DNA of 64,000 nucleotides. Origin: Squalus acanthias. Its lineage: Eukaryota. A program made the translations under genes and the position numbers. This document shows positions 1 through 12,355 of the stretch, one piece after another. The notes under the pieces were generated by a model. The model ran no database searches and was not told the DNA's origin. It was given only the letters and a program-made list of their open reading frames with translations. The DNA lies in the NCBI GenBank assembly GCA_030390025.1, contig CM059432.1, positions 74,092,001-74,156,000 on the forward strand. Direction: 5' to 3'. Position 1 is the stretch's first letter. The number at the start of each line of letters is the position of its first letter.

Positions 1-429
1 AAACGATCAAAGCAAGCTCAAATAGAGTTGTACTTTTTCAGTGTGTAAGCTGGATTTTAAATTTTGGGGGTTTCACATGTTCAAAAATTAAACACCATTT
101 TCTTGCTATAGTTTTTTTAAATGTTTCCCTTCCTTGACATGTTGACTCATGTCTGTGTAGAGTTCCATGGTGGCCAGGTCCTTGTAGTTTTCATATGAAT
201 CTAAACAGTAGGCTATTTGACCAGGAGAGCAGCAAAACAGAGCCTTTTTGTGTACTCACCCAATGGCAACATTCACCTTTTTTCTGGCAGGAGTTACCAA
301 ATGGCAACCTGGAACTGTAACTCTGGCTGCTTCTCTTTCTCCCCCACCCCGAGGGTTCTGAGGACAGAAGTCAAACCTGGGACCTTCCTGGTCTGGGTGA
401 CTCAGTTCCACACTAGATATTATGCATAT

Positions 430-1200
430 AGTATCAATTGACCCATTTGTACAGCTCTAAGAAGTTGGAATCATGTAAGTAAACATCTTGAGGGTTGAAA
501 ATATTAAAAGCAAAATCTCCAAGCTTGTAGATAGTAAAATTGGAAGTGGAGCATTGCAAGCAGATTTTGAAAGAATTTGGAACTTTTAGGAAAGTGGGCC
601 AGTAGAAATACCAAATGCAGTTTAATGTAGATGAATAATGTGAAGGCAAGGAACTGGAATGACTTTGAATGGAACAGTAATGCCGCATACTGATGAGGAA
701 GGAGATTTGTTTTGGGAAAATTGTTGAAGCCATCAGCGCATTATGTGGCTGCAGTGATGGAAAACAGAAGGTAAAGTAATGGTGTATTAGCAGAAGGATA
801 GAATATATATCAGTGGTACTATTGGGTCCTTGTTGGACCCTATAAGGAGTAGCATTTATGTATTGATTATCATATGATAGAAATTATATTATTGCTCTTG
901 TGAGTAAATGCAGTGCAACAAGATTATTTCAGGGCTCTGGAATCTGTTGGGAGGAAAATCTTAAAATCCAGGTGGTTCTTATTGAGACCTCAAGGTGATT
1001 TAATAGAAGTGTTGAAAATTTATGTAGATTGACAAAATTGATCTAAATCTTCACAGTAATTAAGGGTTCCGAACCAGGCAATAAATTAAAAATTAGGATT
1101 AAGTAGGGAATTTGGATTAGATGATTGATACAAAGAATAATAAACATGGAACAAGTTACCAGAGCTAAGCTGTTGGGCCAAAGAGCTTTTTTCTCAAGTT
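430..1200 (+). mobile_element. Old, degraded CR1-type LINE 3' fragment
   Basis: Remnants such as 'aatgcagtttaatgtagatgaataatgtgaagg' and 'aggtgatttaatagaagtgttgaaaatt' resemble the intact CR1 copies in this window. Confidence 0.6.
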
Positions 1201-1282
1201 TGTATCCCTAACTTTATCTTCTACAATCTGGTGCTGTAGCAATAAGAGCATTCGATTCACAATCAAATGGTTAGAGTTTAAT

Positions 1283-1809
1283 ACAAAAGCAAAATACTGC
1301 GGATGCTGGAAATCTCAAATGAAAACAGAAAATGCTGGAAATACTCAGCAGGTCAGGCAGCATCTGTGGAGAGAGAAACAGAGTTAACGTTTCAGGTCGA
1401 TGATGCTTTGTCAGAACTGGAAAAAGCTGGAGATGTAACTGGTTTTTAAGCAAATGCAGGGAAAGGGGGGAGGGGAGGAAAGAACAAAAGGGAAGGTCTA
1501 TGATAGGATGGAAGGCAGGAGAGATTGAGACAAAAGGGATGCGATGGTAATGGGACAAGTTAAGAAACAAAAGATGGCTCTAGATTAAGTGTAAATGGCA
1601 CTGGCAGAATGAAAGACAACTGCCATGTGAAGGGGGAAAAAAAGATAGGGGCAGAGGTTATGGTCTGAAATTGTTGAACTCTATGTTGAGTCCAGAAGGC
1701 TGTAAAGTGCCTAATCGAAAGATGAGGTGCTGTTCCTTGAGCTTCATTGAAACAGTGCAAGAGGCCGAGGACGGTGAGGTCTGAGTGGAGCGGAGAATTA
1801 AAGTGACCG
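1283..1809 (-). mobile_element. Penelope-like element 3' fragment with decayed hammerhead motif
   Basis: Highly similar to 62860-63340. Perfect 14-bp target-site duplication GGTTAGAGTTTAAT at 1269-1282 and 1810-1823. The minus strand reads agttCTGACAA...GAAACGTTaact at 1381-1420. Confidence 0.9.
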
Positions 1810-2504
1810 GGTTAGAGTTTAATCTTTGGCATTGCCAGTAGTTAAAATGTCTTTGCTCACCCTCCCTCCTATCTGGCACTCTTTTTAGTTCAAGCAAAAC
1901 TAAACAGCCTTGGGAAAGGGTAGAATATAAGGTATGTTGGCCACCATCTTCATGAACTGCCTGGGAAAATAATTCCAATATGTGAAATACTTCCAGATAC
2001 CAATCTAAGTAATGTCTAAATCTTTTTAAGACCTACCTATAAGTTTGTCATCTCTTCCTGTTTCAAATGATTCACTTTTTTCTATTGTCCCATAGCTAAT
2101 GTCTGCTGAGTAGAGACCTTAAATAGCATGTCTCCATGGCAGGGGTGGTGGGAATACTAAAACTACAGATGTTTATGGTGATACTACCAGATTTTAGGAA
2201 AGAGAAAGGGAACATTTATACTTGTTTCTCTCCCTCCCAAACTCAATCTTTCCTCATTAGTTAAATATTGCCAGTTTCTTTGGTAAGCTACAAAATGGGA
2301 AAGTAAAGCACTCCAGGGCAGTGGACAAACCAGAGTCCTCTGTGGTGGACCCATTCAGTGCTGCGTTGATGGTAGCTTGTGATCCAGATCATTTTTTTTG
2401 TAGTGTGGGAAAGTGAGAGCTTCCAGTTCTGTAATTTTTAGTGGAGTACAATAGTTTGATATTCACTTGGATAAAAATACTGCCACTAAATTCCTATTTG
2501 CTGA

Positions 2505-2648
<144 letters not shown>

Positions 2649-3865
2649 GGTTCCTCGGCTATCTTATCTGCTTGACTTGGGCGTAGTACCTTTCACCCTC
2701 CTACACCAGTCCAAGAAGTGAAGCCGTTACTATATGGTTTATCTAATAGGAGATATCTGGAAAGTCCTTCATAAACCTTGTAAAACTTGTCGTACTGTTC
2801 TCAGCCAAAAGCTAATATTTGCTTAAATGCAGGATTTGAAAATTGTACTCGTACCTATTTACAGTTAATTTTTCTGGTTGTTCTTTTGTCTATTTTGCCC
2901 TTGACTACAAAATGAATTGTATTAAAACACTACAAATTTCATCTGAGTATTTTAGTTGTGTGGGTTAAAATTCCTATTACTGTCAATTATTGTTTCATAA
3001 TATCAAACTGTAAAAGCTGTCAAATTTCAAATGCTGTGGAGAAATGCTAGAGGACTGTTTTAATTCTGTATTTATCATCCACTTTGTGTATATATAGTTA
3101 AAATAACAAGCTTGGGTGTATGTTGGCCAAGCTGAAATCCCTTTGTAGTTAAGCAGATCACCAATGTTTTCTGGACTACTTCAGTTTAAAATGGCAGTAT
3201 TGTTCTAGTCTGAAGCTTTGTCTATTCTGAATTTGAGGTGGTTTGACTTTTGGTCTCAATACCATCTCCTTTTCCCTCCCCATTCTACCACCCTAACCCT
3301 ATGTCCATATCTCCCAGATGTAACTCATGTTAAATGTACATTGTTAGAGACTTCATATCATTTATCTATTCTAATGCCAAATGTCTATTCAGCTTCTTTA
3401 GAGCACCCCTTCAGAAATGGATCAGTGGTTTGCCTTAAAGAATAGTATGAGATTAAAACAAATGGCAGCTGAAAGAGGGTTCTTTTTTGTTTTATGTTTG
3501 GGATGGTGCATTGAAAAATGTAGACCTTTTTCTCATTACACAAATACATTTTTATCTGCATGTATTTCTTTGACCAGTAAATTTAAACACTAGCTTTAAA
3601 ATTAGATGTGAAAGTGGTGTAAAGTTTTTCTTTCTTGGCGGTCTGTTCTGTTTTGTCAGTGAAGATCTTGTTAATGTACAGGGGTGATGAACTAATAAAC
3701 CTGCCAAACTAAAACAACCTGACAAAAACTGAACAGGCTGTAGCTTTGTGAACCCCATTTTCCTTAAATATATACACAGTTGAACAGTGAATAAGGAATT
3801 TGTGTTTAAACCAAAACTATTTAAACTGAATGGTGTCTTATCAATAAATGTTATTTGTGTATTGC
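2649..3865 (+). other. RAB2A: RAB2A 3' UTR with candidate polyadenylation signals
   Basis: AT-rich and repeat-free after the stop. ATTAAA at 2921-2926, AATAAA at 3694-3699 and 3843-3848, the last followed by a U/GU-rich tract. The exact end is inferred. Confidence 0.65.
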
Positions 3866-5074
3866 CATTTTACCATAGTATCAAATATGGCTTGACTTTT
3901 TTGGGGAAGGACCTTTTAATGCTATTGGAAAAAGCTTGGTGAAAGCTATATAGCAAAGCCAGTCAAAGATAATCAAGCAGTAAGGATGCCATTGGTAGCA
4001 GTATTGTGAAGTGAAATGAGGTAAGATGCCAGTGTTACAGTAGCCACTATGACCATACCTAACTTTATTATTTGATCTCTGGTTACAAACCTCAGTCCTT
4101 ACAAAAGTGCCTGCATGATTCTGTTTCCAATTTGAAATAAGAATCAGTTCCAGAACTGCTGACAACCTTACTACATTTACTTTTTATTCCAAGGGTTTGT
4201 CGGCATTTAATATTGCCCTAGGGTGCTGTTCAGTTAAGACCTTTGCCTGCTACAGTGTTCACATCTGTCGCTTATTCAAAAGCAGGTAAGTGAATGCAGT
4301 TGAAGGCTGCTATAATTTTCTGCTAATATCACTGAAATATTATACTAAGATTTTTACATGAGATGTTTACTAAGTGTTATATTTTAACATACATAATGGC
4401 AAGTATTCAAGGATTCTAATTCATGTGGCACAGTTCCTTCACATTGAAACATTATGGAATTGCAGACATTGCCTTTAAAATGTTTGCATGTTAAATATTC
4501 CATCTATAAAAACTACTTCAATGGCCACTAACTAAGCAAGTTTTAAACTAAAGATTCCTGCTTAAATTGTTCTGTTTTTGGAGATGGAGGAAAGGAAGAG
4601 AAAATCCATGTGGGGTGGTGGGTGGGAAGAGTTTGCATCATTTATTCAAACAGTTGGTCATTGCTTCCCTTTTTAAGGGCATGTAAGAAATATGTATTCA
4701 TAATTAAACTTCAAATGTGGCTTCCTCAGTGTTACAATATTGCTGCGCCACTGAGTAGTTGGACCTGGGTTCACTTCTGTTATTTCCACATGTTAAATCT
4801 CTTGATCTCCATTGTCCTTTGTGGAAATGCTTATACTTGGGAGTGGGGGAAGAAAAAGTTCTTCCCCACAAACAATACAAATTTCACAGGATTATGCTAG
4901 GAACTGTTTTTGTGCCACGTTACTATTTGCAAAATTGGTGGTGTTGAAACTTTATTTCAGAAAATGGTTTCACCTAGTTGTATGAGTAACTCTCTCTAGC
5001 AAACTAATGTTTTCAGTGCTTTTTCTCTCTGCTGAGTTAGCTGATTTTGATCCTGCCACCATTTGTTTGAGGGG

Positions 5075-5620
5075 GGTGGGGGGGGCCTGCAATTGGCTAT
5101 TAACCGAGTTAGGGAAGAAATAAACAGGATTCCTGTTTCTGATTGTTGTCCTGCATCCCCATTTCTGGAAAAAGGACATCTGGTGCAGTTAGGCTGGGGT
5201 TCAGCTGTAGTGTCCTTGTGGTAAAATAGCCTGCTGACATTTGCTGTCAATGGCCACTTGTGTAAGGTAGCAGAAAGCAACTGTAACTCGGCAATCATTC
5301 AATACCGTTAGAAGAGGAGAGGAAATTGAGGAGGATAAAAACAAAAACCCCAAACTTCTAATAGCTCAAGCAATGGGCTTAATTGGAAAGTTAAAATTGG
5401 TGATTAGCATTACCCAAAATTCCTGTGCCGAGGAGAGATGCTGCAACCAATCTATGTCTATAGACTTGTGGAGAAGGAAAAATTAGCCAGAATGCCTGTT
5501 CCCGATAGCTATCCTATGAGGATGTGAGCAGAATGGGTCGGTCTTCTCTTACACATGCCCGCCTGCCTGCCCACCCATGGCACAATACTCCAACATCTGT
5601 GCCCAAGAGGAGGGGGGAAT
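5075..5620 (+). mobile_element. Two degraded fragments of an ancient tRNA-derived SINE (same family as 19643-20045)
   Basis: Shared blocks such as 'ctgcaattggc...ggaagaaataaacaggattcctgtttctgatt' and 'aaaattagccagaatgcctgttcccgatagctatcc'. Confidence 0.45.
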
Positions 5621-6164
5621 TGAAAATTAGAAAAATTAGTTACTTTTTTGAAGGGGGGAAAAGAAAGGTCATTAAAGATTTTATTGGACATTGTACAAGT
5701 TAAAGGAAAACTAGTGACTTTTTTAACTGAATTGAAAAGCTACAACATTTCCATGTCATCAATGATTTACACAATCAACACACTTCAGGACAGGGAGCCT
5801 TGCTTATTATTTCAGTTTAATTGTTAGGTAGACAACTCAAGTTCACAACTACTGAGGCGTAGCTCTAAACCACACAGGAAACTGAAAATAGTTCTGCTTT
5901 TGAGAAAAATGTTGTATACTGTCGGTGGTTATATCATGTCGTGTTTAGGATTCAGGCCATGTGGACAATTGAAGGCTGTTCTCCAGCCTGAATCATTCAT
6001 TTGTATAACCCATATAAATTACCTCCATGGTGGCACAATGGGGAGGAGGGGGCCATGTAATGCCAGACTTTATTGTGTGGACCTCTGCAATGGTAAACTG
6101 AAGAACTTCCAGCATTATACCTTTGCAGCCCAAGGCCCAGTGGATTCATATTTTTATTTAGTTT

Positions 6165-7815
6165 TCGATTATAGCCTGAACTCTCATCATTCTCCAGTTT
6201 CTCTCTGATCGCCCCTCATGCCCCATCTTGTCCATGAGACCCACTTCCTGCTCCCTCAACCCTATTCCCACCAAACTGCTGACCACCCAACTTCCTTTCC
6301 TGGCTCCCATGTTAGCTGACATTGTTAAAGGTTCTCTCTCTTTGGGTACTGTCCCCCTCTCCCTCAAATCTGCCGTCATCACCCCTCTCAAAACCAACCC
6401 TTGACCCTTCCGTCCTTGCAAACTACCACCCCATCTCCAACCTCCCTTTCCTCAAGTCCTTGAACATGTCGCCTCCCAAATCCGTGCCATCTTTCCCACA
6501 ACTGTTTAAATCCCTCCAATCAGGTTCCTACCCCTGCCACAGCACTGAAACGGCTCATCAAAGTCGCAAATTACATCCTTTGTGACTGTGGCAAAAGTAA
6601 ACTATTCCTCCTCCTCCTTCTTGACTTGTCTACAGCCTTTGACACGGTTGACCACTTCATCCTTCTCGAACGCCTCCAGCTGCATGGGATTGCACTCGCC
6701 TGGTTCCATTCTTATCTATCTAATCGTAGCCAGAGAATCACCTGCAATGGCTTCTCTTCCCGCTCCCGCATTGTTACCTCGTGTCCCACAAGGATTTATC
6801 CTTGGTCCCCCTTCTATTTCTCATCTACATGCTGCCCCTTGGTGACGTCATCCGAAAACCCCGTCAGTTTCCACATGTATGCTGACGACACCCAGCTCCA
6901 CCTCACCACTTCTCTCGACCCCCCCCCCCCCCCCCCGACGATTTCTAAATTGTCAGACTACATGTCCGACATCCAGTTCTGGATGAGTAAAAATTTTCTC
7001 CAATTAAATATTGGCAAGACCGAAGCCATTGTTTTTGGTCCCCACCACAAACTCTTTTCCCTAGCCACTGACTGACTCCATCCCTCTCTAACATTTGTCT
7101 GAGGCTGAACCACACTGTTCGCAAACTTGGTGCCATATTTGACCTGGAAATGAGCTTCTGACCACACATCCACGGCATTAGTAAGACCGCCTATTTCCAC
7201 CTGTGTAATATTGCCCGTCTCCACCGTTGCTGCTGAAACCCCCATCCATGTCTTTATTACCTCTAGACTTGACTATTCCAACGCACTCCTGACTGGCCTC
7301 CCACGTTCTACCCTATGTAAACTTGAGATCATCCAAAACTTGGCTGCCCGTGTCCTAACTGGCACCAAGTCCCGTTCACCCATCACCCCCTGACCGACAT
7401 TGGCTCCCGGTTAAGCAACGCCTCAATTTCAAAATTCTCACCCTTGTTTTCAAATCCCTCCATGGCCTTGCCCCTCATCTCTAATCTCCAGCCCCACAAC
7501 CCGCCCCCCGATATATCTGTGCTCCTCTCATTCTGCCCTCTTGAGCATCCCTGATTATAATCGCTCAACCACTGGTGGCCGTGCTTTCTGTTGCCTAGGC
7601 CCTAAGCTCTGGAATTCCCTGTCTAAACCTCTCCGCCTCTACCTTTTTTTCTCCTTTTTAAGACGCTCTTTAAAACCTCTTTGACCAAGCTTTTGGTCGT
7701 CTGCCCTAATTTCTCCTCATATAGCTCGGTGTCAAATTTTTTGTCTTGTAATACTCCTGTGAAGCGCCTTGGGGCATTTTACTACATTAAAGGTGCTATA
7801 TAAATACAAGTTGTT
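6165..7815 (+). mobile_element. L2-clade LINE, 5'-truncated with disrupted reverse transcriptase
   Basis: ORF fragments AFDTVDH, VPQG, HMYADDTQL, LNIGKTE and SRLDYSNALL. The 3' tail reads aaaggtgctatataaatacaagttgtt. Confidence 0.92.
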
Positions 7816-8059
7816 TGAGATGTCTCTGGAATCTTGTGCTAGGGTATAGAATCGTTTTAAGGCCAATTATTTTAATAAATAGTGGTGATTTGAGGTAATT
7901 TTTTATAAATTACTATCACAAACAGTTGCGTTACTATTTGTAGTTTAAAATTTTTTTGGTTCTGCTTCACCATTCTTCAGTCTCTTGTCAATTCTCCGGT
8001 GCTTTGCTGCTCGAGCCAGCTATTAGGAGGTTCATGGCAGGGGTGCGGGCAATAGAAAT

Positions 8060-8410
8060 TGGATTGTTCTCCTTGTATCAGAAGGTTAAAGGGAGATTTA
8101 ATAGAAGTGTTCAAAATCATGAGGTGTTTAGATAAAGGAGAAACTCTTTCCAATGGCAGGTGAGCTGGTATCCAGAGGACACAAAATTAAGATAATTGGC
8201 AAAAGAACCAGCGGGGAGATGAGCGTTTTTTTATGCTGTGCATTATTATTTGGAATGCACTGTCTGAAATGGTGGAAGCAGATTCAGTAGTAATTTTCAA
8301 AAGGGAACCGGATATATGCCTAAAAAGGGAACATTTGCAGGGCTGTAGGGAATGGGACTAATTGGATGATGGGCTAAATGGTGGCCTCCTGTAAAATTCT
8401 ATAATTCTAC
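8060..8410 (+). mobile_element. CR1 LINE 3' fragment
   Basis: 'agaaggttaaagggagatttaatagaagtgttcaaaatcatgag' (RLKGDLIEVFKIM) followed by a CR1-type tail. Confidence 0.8.
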
Positions 8411-8531
8411 AAATTTTAATGGGTCACATTTCATAAGGTAGGTTGAGATAAAGAAAGTCCTTCAGTTCATTTTGTCTCATTTCTAGAATAACTACCCTAC
8501 TATCTTCCCATTGCAACAGAGGCGTTTCTTA

Positions 8532-8862
8532 TAAAAGCAAAATACTGGAAATCTGAAATAAAAACAAAATGCTGGAAATACTCAACAGCTCAGGCAGCAT
8601 CTGTGGAGAGCAAAACAGTTAATGTTTCAGGTCGATGACCTTTTGTGAGAACTAAAAAAAGTTAGAGATGTAACAGATTTTAATCAAGGGCAGGGAAAGG
8701 GGGTGGGGAGAGGAAAGAACAAAAGGGAAGGTCTGTGACGGAAGGCAGGAGTGATTAAATGACAAAAGGTATGATTGTACAAAGCAAAAGGACATGGTAA
8801 TGGAACAAGTAAAGAAACAAAAGATGGTGTAAATGGGTATCGCAGAATTATCAACAGCTGCC
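8532..8862 (-). mobile_element. Penelope-like element 3' fragment
   Basis: Colinear with 1283-1625. Imperfect flanking direct repeat acaga..gtttctta. Hammerhead core is mutated. Confidence 0.88.
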
Positions 8863-9299
8863 ACAGATGTTTCTTAAATGAGTAAGATCATGGCCTCACC
8901 CATTCTTCCTACCAACCCTTTCTAGCTGTGGCTCACCCTCTAATACTTCCTGGCATCTCTCCTAAAGTTGCCTTTCACAACCCTGAACCTTTGCCTCCTG
9001 CCCTGGCAGATCTGAAAGTATTGTTTCAGGTTTACTTTGTTCTGTGAAATATTTTATAAACCGCTGTGGTTTTCTCTCTCGGCTGTTTCTTTTCCACCCT
9101 GTGTTCTCAAGTGGAGGTTGCAGAACCTTTATTTTACCATTCTATGCTTTTGTTAATAACTCAATAATCCAGGTTATCTAAATATTTGACATGGTACGTG
9201 TTCCAACTTTGAAATTTACAGGGCATGTTTGCTAATAATTATGCTCATTTGGCTGCCTTTGTTTACATTTTCCCCACAGATTTCATGTTCTGGTTGGAG

Positions 9300-9720
9300 G
9301 CAAATTGGGTTTTTTCTTCATGCGAGGCCTTTTAAAGTATCTCGGTGAGACCAGAAACTACCATGGAATCTTGCTGATCTTCTTGATTGATGCTCTAGAG
9401 TTTTTGCAGCATTTATACCTGATGATTTGTTTGAGCAGTAATTGGAAAGGAACAGGCTGGATTTCACTCATAAGAAATGTGTAGGACAGGTTAGAACTTT
9501 CTACAAGATCATGAGGCTTGGGAAAACCCGCATATGTTGCTTTCATCGTTTTTTTTGGTAAAGCTTTTGACCTAGTACTTTGGTCCTCGTGAAGAAATTG
9601 GAAGTTATGGGTGTAGACAGTCAATCTTGGATTTTGAGATGTGTACTCCAGCTCCCAAGATCCATGTATGATAGATGGACATTACTGAAACCAGTACTCA
9701 AAATGGTGGAGACAAAAGTT
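9300..9720 (+). mobile_element. Very old RTE-like LINE reverse transcriptase remnant
   Basis: 'gcatatgttgctttcatcg...aaagcttttgacctagta' reads AYVAFI..KAFDLV, resembling the AFxDxxKAFD motif. Confidence 0.45.
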
Positions 9721-9754
9721 GTCCATTGCCATCCATCCCATTAAAAAAAAACCT

Positions 9755-9965
9755 GCATGCTGGCTATACATAGGTTTATTGGCATCTGTAAAGAGCAAAA
9801 AATTGGTCAATATTTCAGATGCAAGACCCTTCCTCAGAACTGAAAGGTACAGTAGGTTATCAATCCCAAAAAGTTCAGTTCTGAGGAAGGTCTATTTGAA
9901 AAGTTAATTTGTCTTTTCTCTTTATGAATGCTGACTGACCTGCGTATTTTCTATTTTTATTTCAT
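9755..9965. mobile_element. Head-to-head inverted pair of Penelope pseudo-LTR fragments
   Basis: Perfect 17-bp inverted repeat at 9828-9844 and 9874-9890. Each arm continues into pseudo-LTR-like sequence. Confidence 0.7.
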
Positions 9966-10309
9966 CCATCTGATCCAATGTCGTCTCCATTAATGAAGAG
10001 AAACAGTCTTAAGTGTCTTGCAGGCATTTTGAAAGCATTCTTTTCTCAGATTTTGTGTTGCCAGACTCGCTTGAGGATTTATGGTGCTGTACTCACCATC
10101 TTGAGTAACAGGGTAACCAGTAGGATATGATGGTTGGCCCGGCTAAGTACATTATCAAGGGGCTGATTGGCACTAACAGTTGCCAAGTTTAATCTAAATA
10201 GTCTTAAGACTGCTGAGGGGCAAAGGACACTTGGGTATTTCTCATTGTTTATCAAAGGCCCAATGCAGGTTAAGCTTGTGATAGAACATGTCCAGGGAGC
10301 TATAGGCCA

Positions 10310-12355
10310 GTCAGCTTATCAGTGGTAGGAAAATTAATGGAATCCCTACTAAAGGAGAAAATAGAAGAACATCTAGAAATGAAAAATAGAATAAATAAGT
10401 CAGCATAGATTTCAAAAGGGAAAGTCTTGCTTGACCAACCTCATTGAATTTTTTGAAGAGGTAAGAGTAGATAAGGGTAATGCAGTAGATGTAATTATCC
10501 AGATTTTCAAAAGGCCTTCGATAAGGTACCACAATAGATTAATGAATAAGGTCAGAGAATGCGGTGTCGGGACAAGTAGCAGAATGGCTGGCTGGCTAGC
10601 TAGCTGGTTTCAAGACAAAGCAGAGAGTAGGGGTAAAGGGTAGCTATTCAGAGTGGCAGAAGGTGGGAAGTGGATTTCCACATGGATCAGTGCTGGGATC
10701 ACTTGTTCACAATTTATATTAACGATTTAGACCTTGGAATCAAAAACACAATTTCTAAATTTGTGGACGACACCAAATTGGGGAGGAAAGCCAATACTGA
10801 GGACTACAACAAATGACAAGACACTAAAACTTGCAGAATGGGCATATAATTGGCAAATGAAATTCAACACCGATAAATGAGGTATTACATTTTGGCAAGA
10901 AAAATAGGGAGGTCACATATAATTCTTGGAAAATAAGAATCTAAATGGGGTAGAGGAAATAAAGGATCCAAGAGTACAAATCACAAAGTATTGACACAGG
11001 TTAACAAGGCCATTAAAAAAAAAGCAAACCAAGCACTAGGGTTTATTTCTAGAAGGATAGAATTGAAAAGTAGTGAAGTTATGCTAAACTTGTATCGAAC
11101 CCTCGTTAGACCAGAGTACTGTGCAGTTCTGGTTGCCATATTATTAAAAGGATATAGAGAGAGGCATTGGAGAGGGTGCAGAGAAGATTTATAAGGATGA
11201 TACCAGAAATGTGAGGGTACACCTAATCGGGGAAAGGACAAACAGGCTAGATCTCTCTTTTGAAAAGAGAAGGCTGAGGGGTGACCTAATGTAAGTCTTT
11301 AAAATCATGAAAGGTTTTGATAGCATAGATAGAGTGGCCCGTAATTTCCGATAGGAGGCTTCCTGCGTGCGGATGCCTCCTATCGGGGAAAAAAATCTAC
11401 GAACTTACCTGAGTGCTCCCGAGGTGCGTACACATCCGCTCCTGGGCTTCTCCAAACTCAATGCGCAGGACCCATGTATCCCAGAGGCACATGCAGTTTG
11501 CAAGCGTCCCTGGGATCACGTGGGCCAGGCCAGCCAATAGCAGAAGGGAATCTCCCTTCATACTTTTGATAGACCTGTCAAATATATGAATGGAGATCAC
11601 CCCAAAAACACAAACATTAAATACATTTTTTTTTAAAATCACATTTTTAAAATAACTTAAAATGGCAATAAATTAAATATTTTAGACAAATTTAATTTTT
11701 TGAAAAAATTAGTTTTTTACAGGGCTCAAAATAAACTTACCTGTTTAAAAGTTTTAAAGTTATAAATGAGAATTTATTTTTTTTTACTTTTTTTCAACTC
11801 TTATGCTGGTAAAAGCTTTTACCAGGCGTAAGATTTCTAAGGGTTTTCTGCGGGCAGAGGTTCTCCAGTAAGCGGAACTATCCGCCCGCAGAAGCCCTTC
11901 TCTAGGGCAGGTGTCCGATCTGTCGAGCATTGTTGACAGATCGGAAATACTGGTTTTCAGCGCGTGCGCTTCGTATGCCTGAAACCGGCATTTCTGATGT
12001 CCCTACGGGTGTACACAGCCCGTACACACCTGTAGGCATCGGAAAATACGGGCCAGTGTGTTTCCACTTGTGGGGAAGAGCAAAACTAGAGGCCATCAAT
12101 ATAAGATAGTCACCAAAAAATCAAATAGGGAATTCAGAAGAAACTTCCTTACCCAGAGAGTGGTGAGAATGTGGAACTCGCTACCACAGGGAGTGGTTGA
12201 AGCGAATAGTATAGATGCATTTAAGGGGCGAGTAGATAAGCATGAGGGAGAAGGGAATAGAGAGTTATGCTGATAGGGTAAGATGAGGAAAGACGGGAGG
12301 AGGCTCAAGTGGAGCATAAACACCGAATGGTCTGTTTTTGTGCTATACTATGTAT
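10310..12355 (+). mobile_element. CR1 LINE, interrupted by a MITE at 11336-12054
   Basis: TNLIEFFEEV, 'gtggacgacaccaaattggg' (DDTKLG), KANQALGFISR and LYRTLVRP. It resumes after the insertion with FPLVGKSKTRGH...QRVVRMWNSLP. Confidence 0.92.
11336..12054. mobile_element. Non-autonomous DNA transposon (MITE), PIF/Harbinger-related, 719 bp
   Basis: 17-bp terminal inverted repeats (TIRs) GGCCCGTAATTTCCGAT and ATCGGAAAATACGGGCC match at 16/17. 3-bp target-site duplication AGT at 11333-11335 and 12055-12057. It splits a CR1 element cleanly. Confidence 0.88.
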
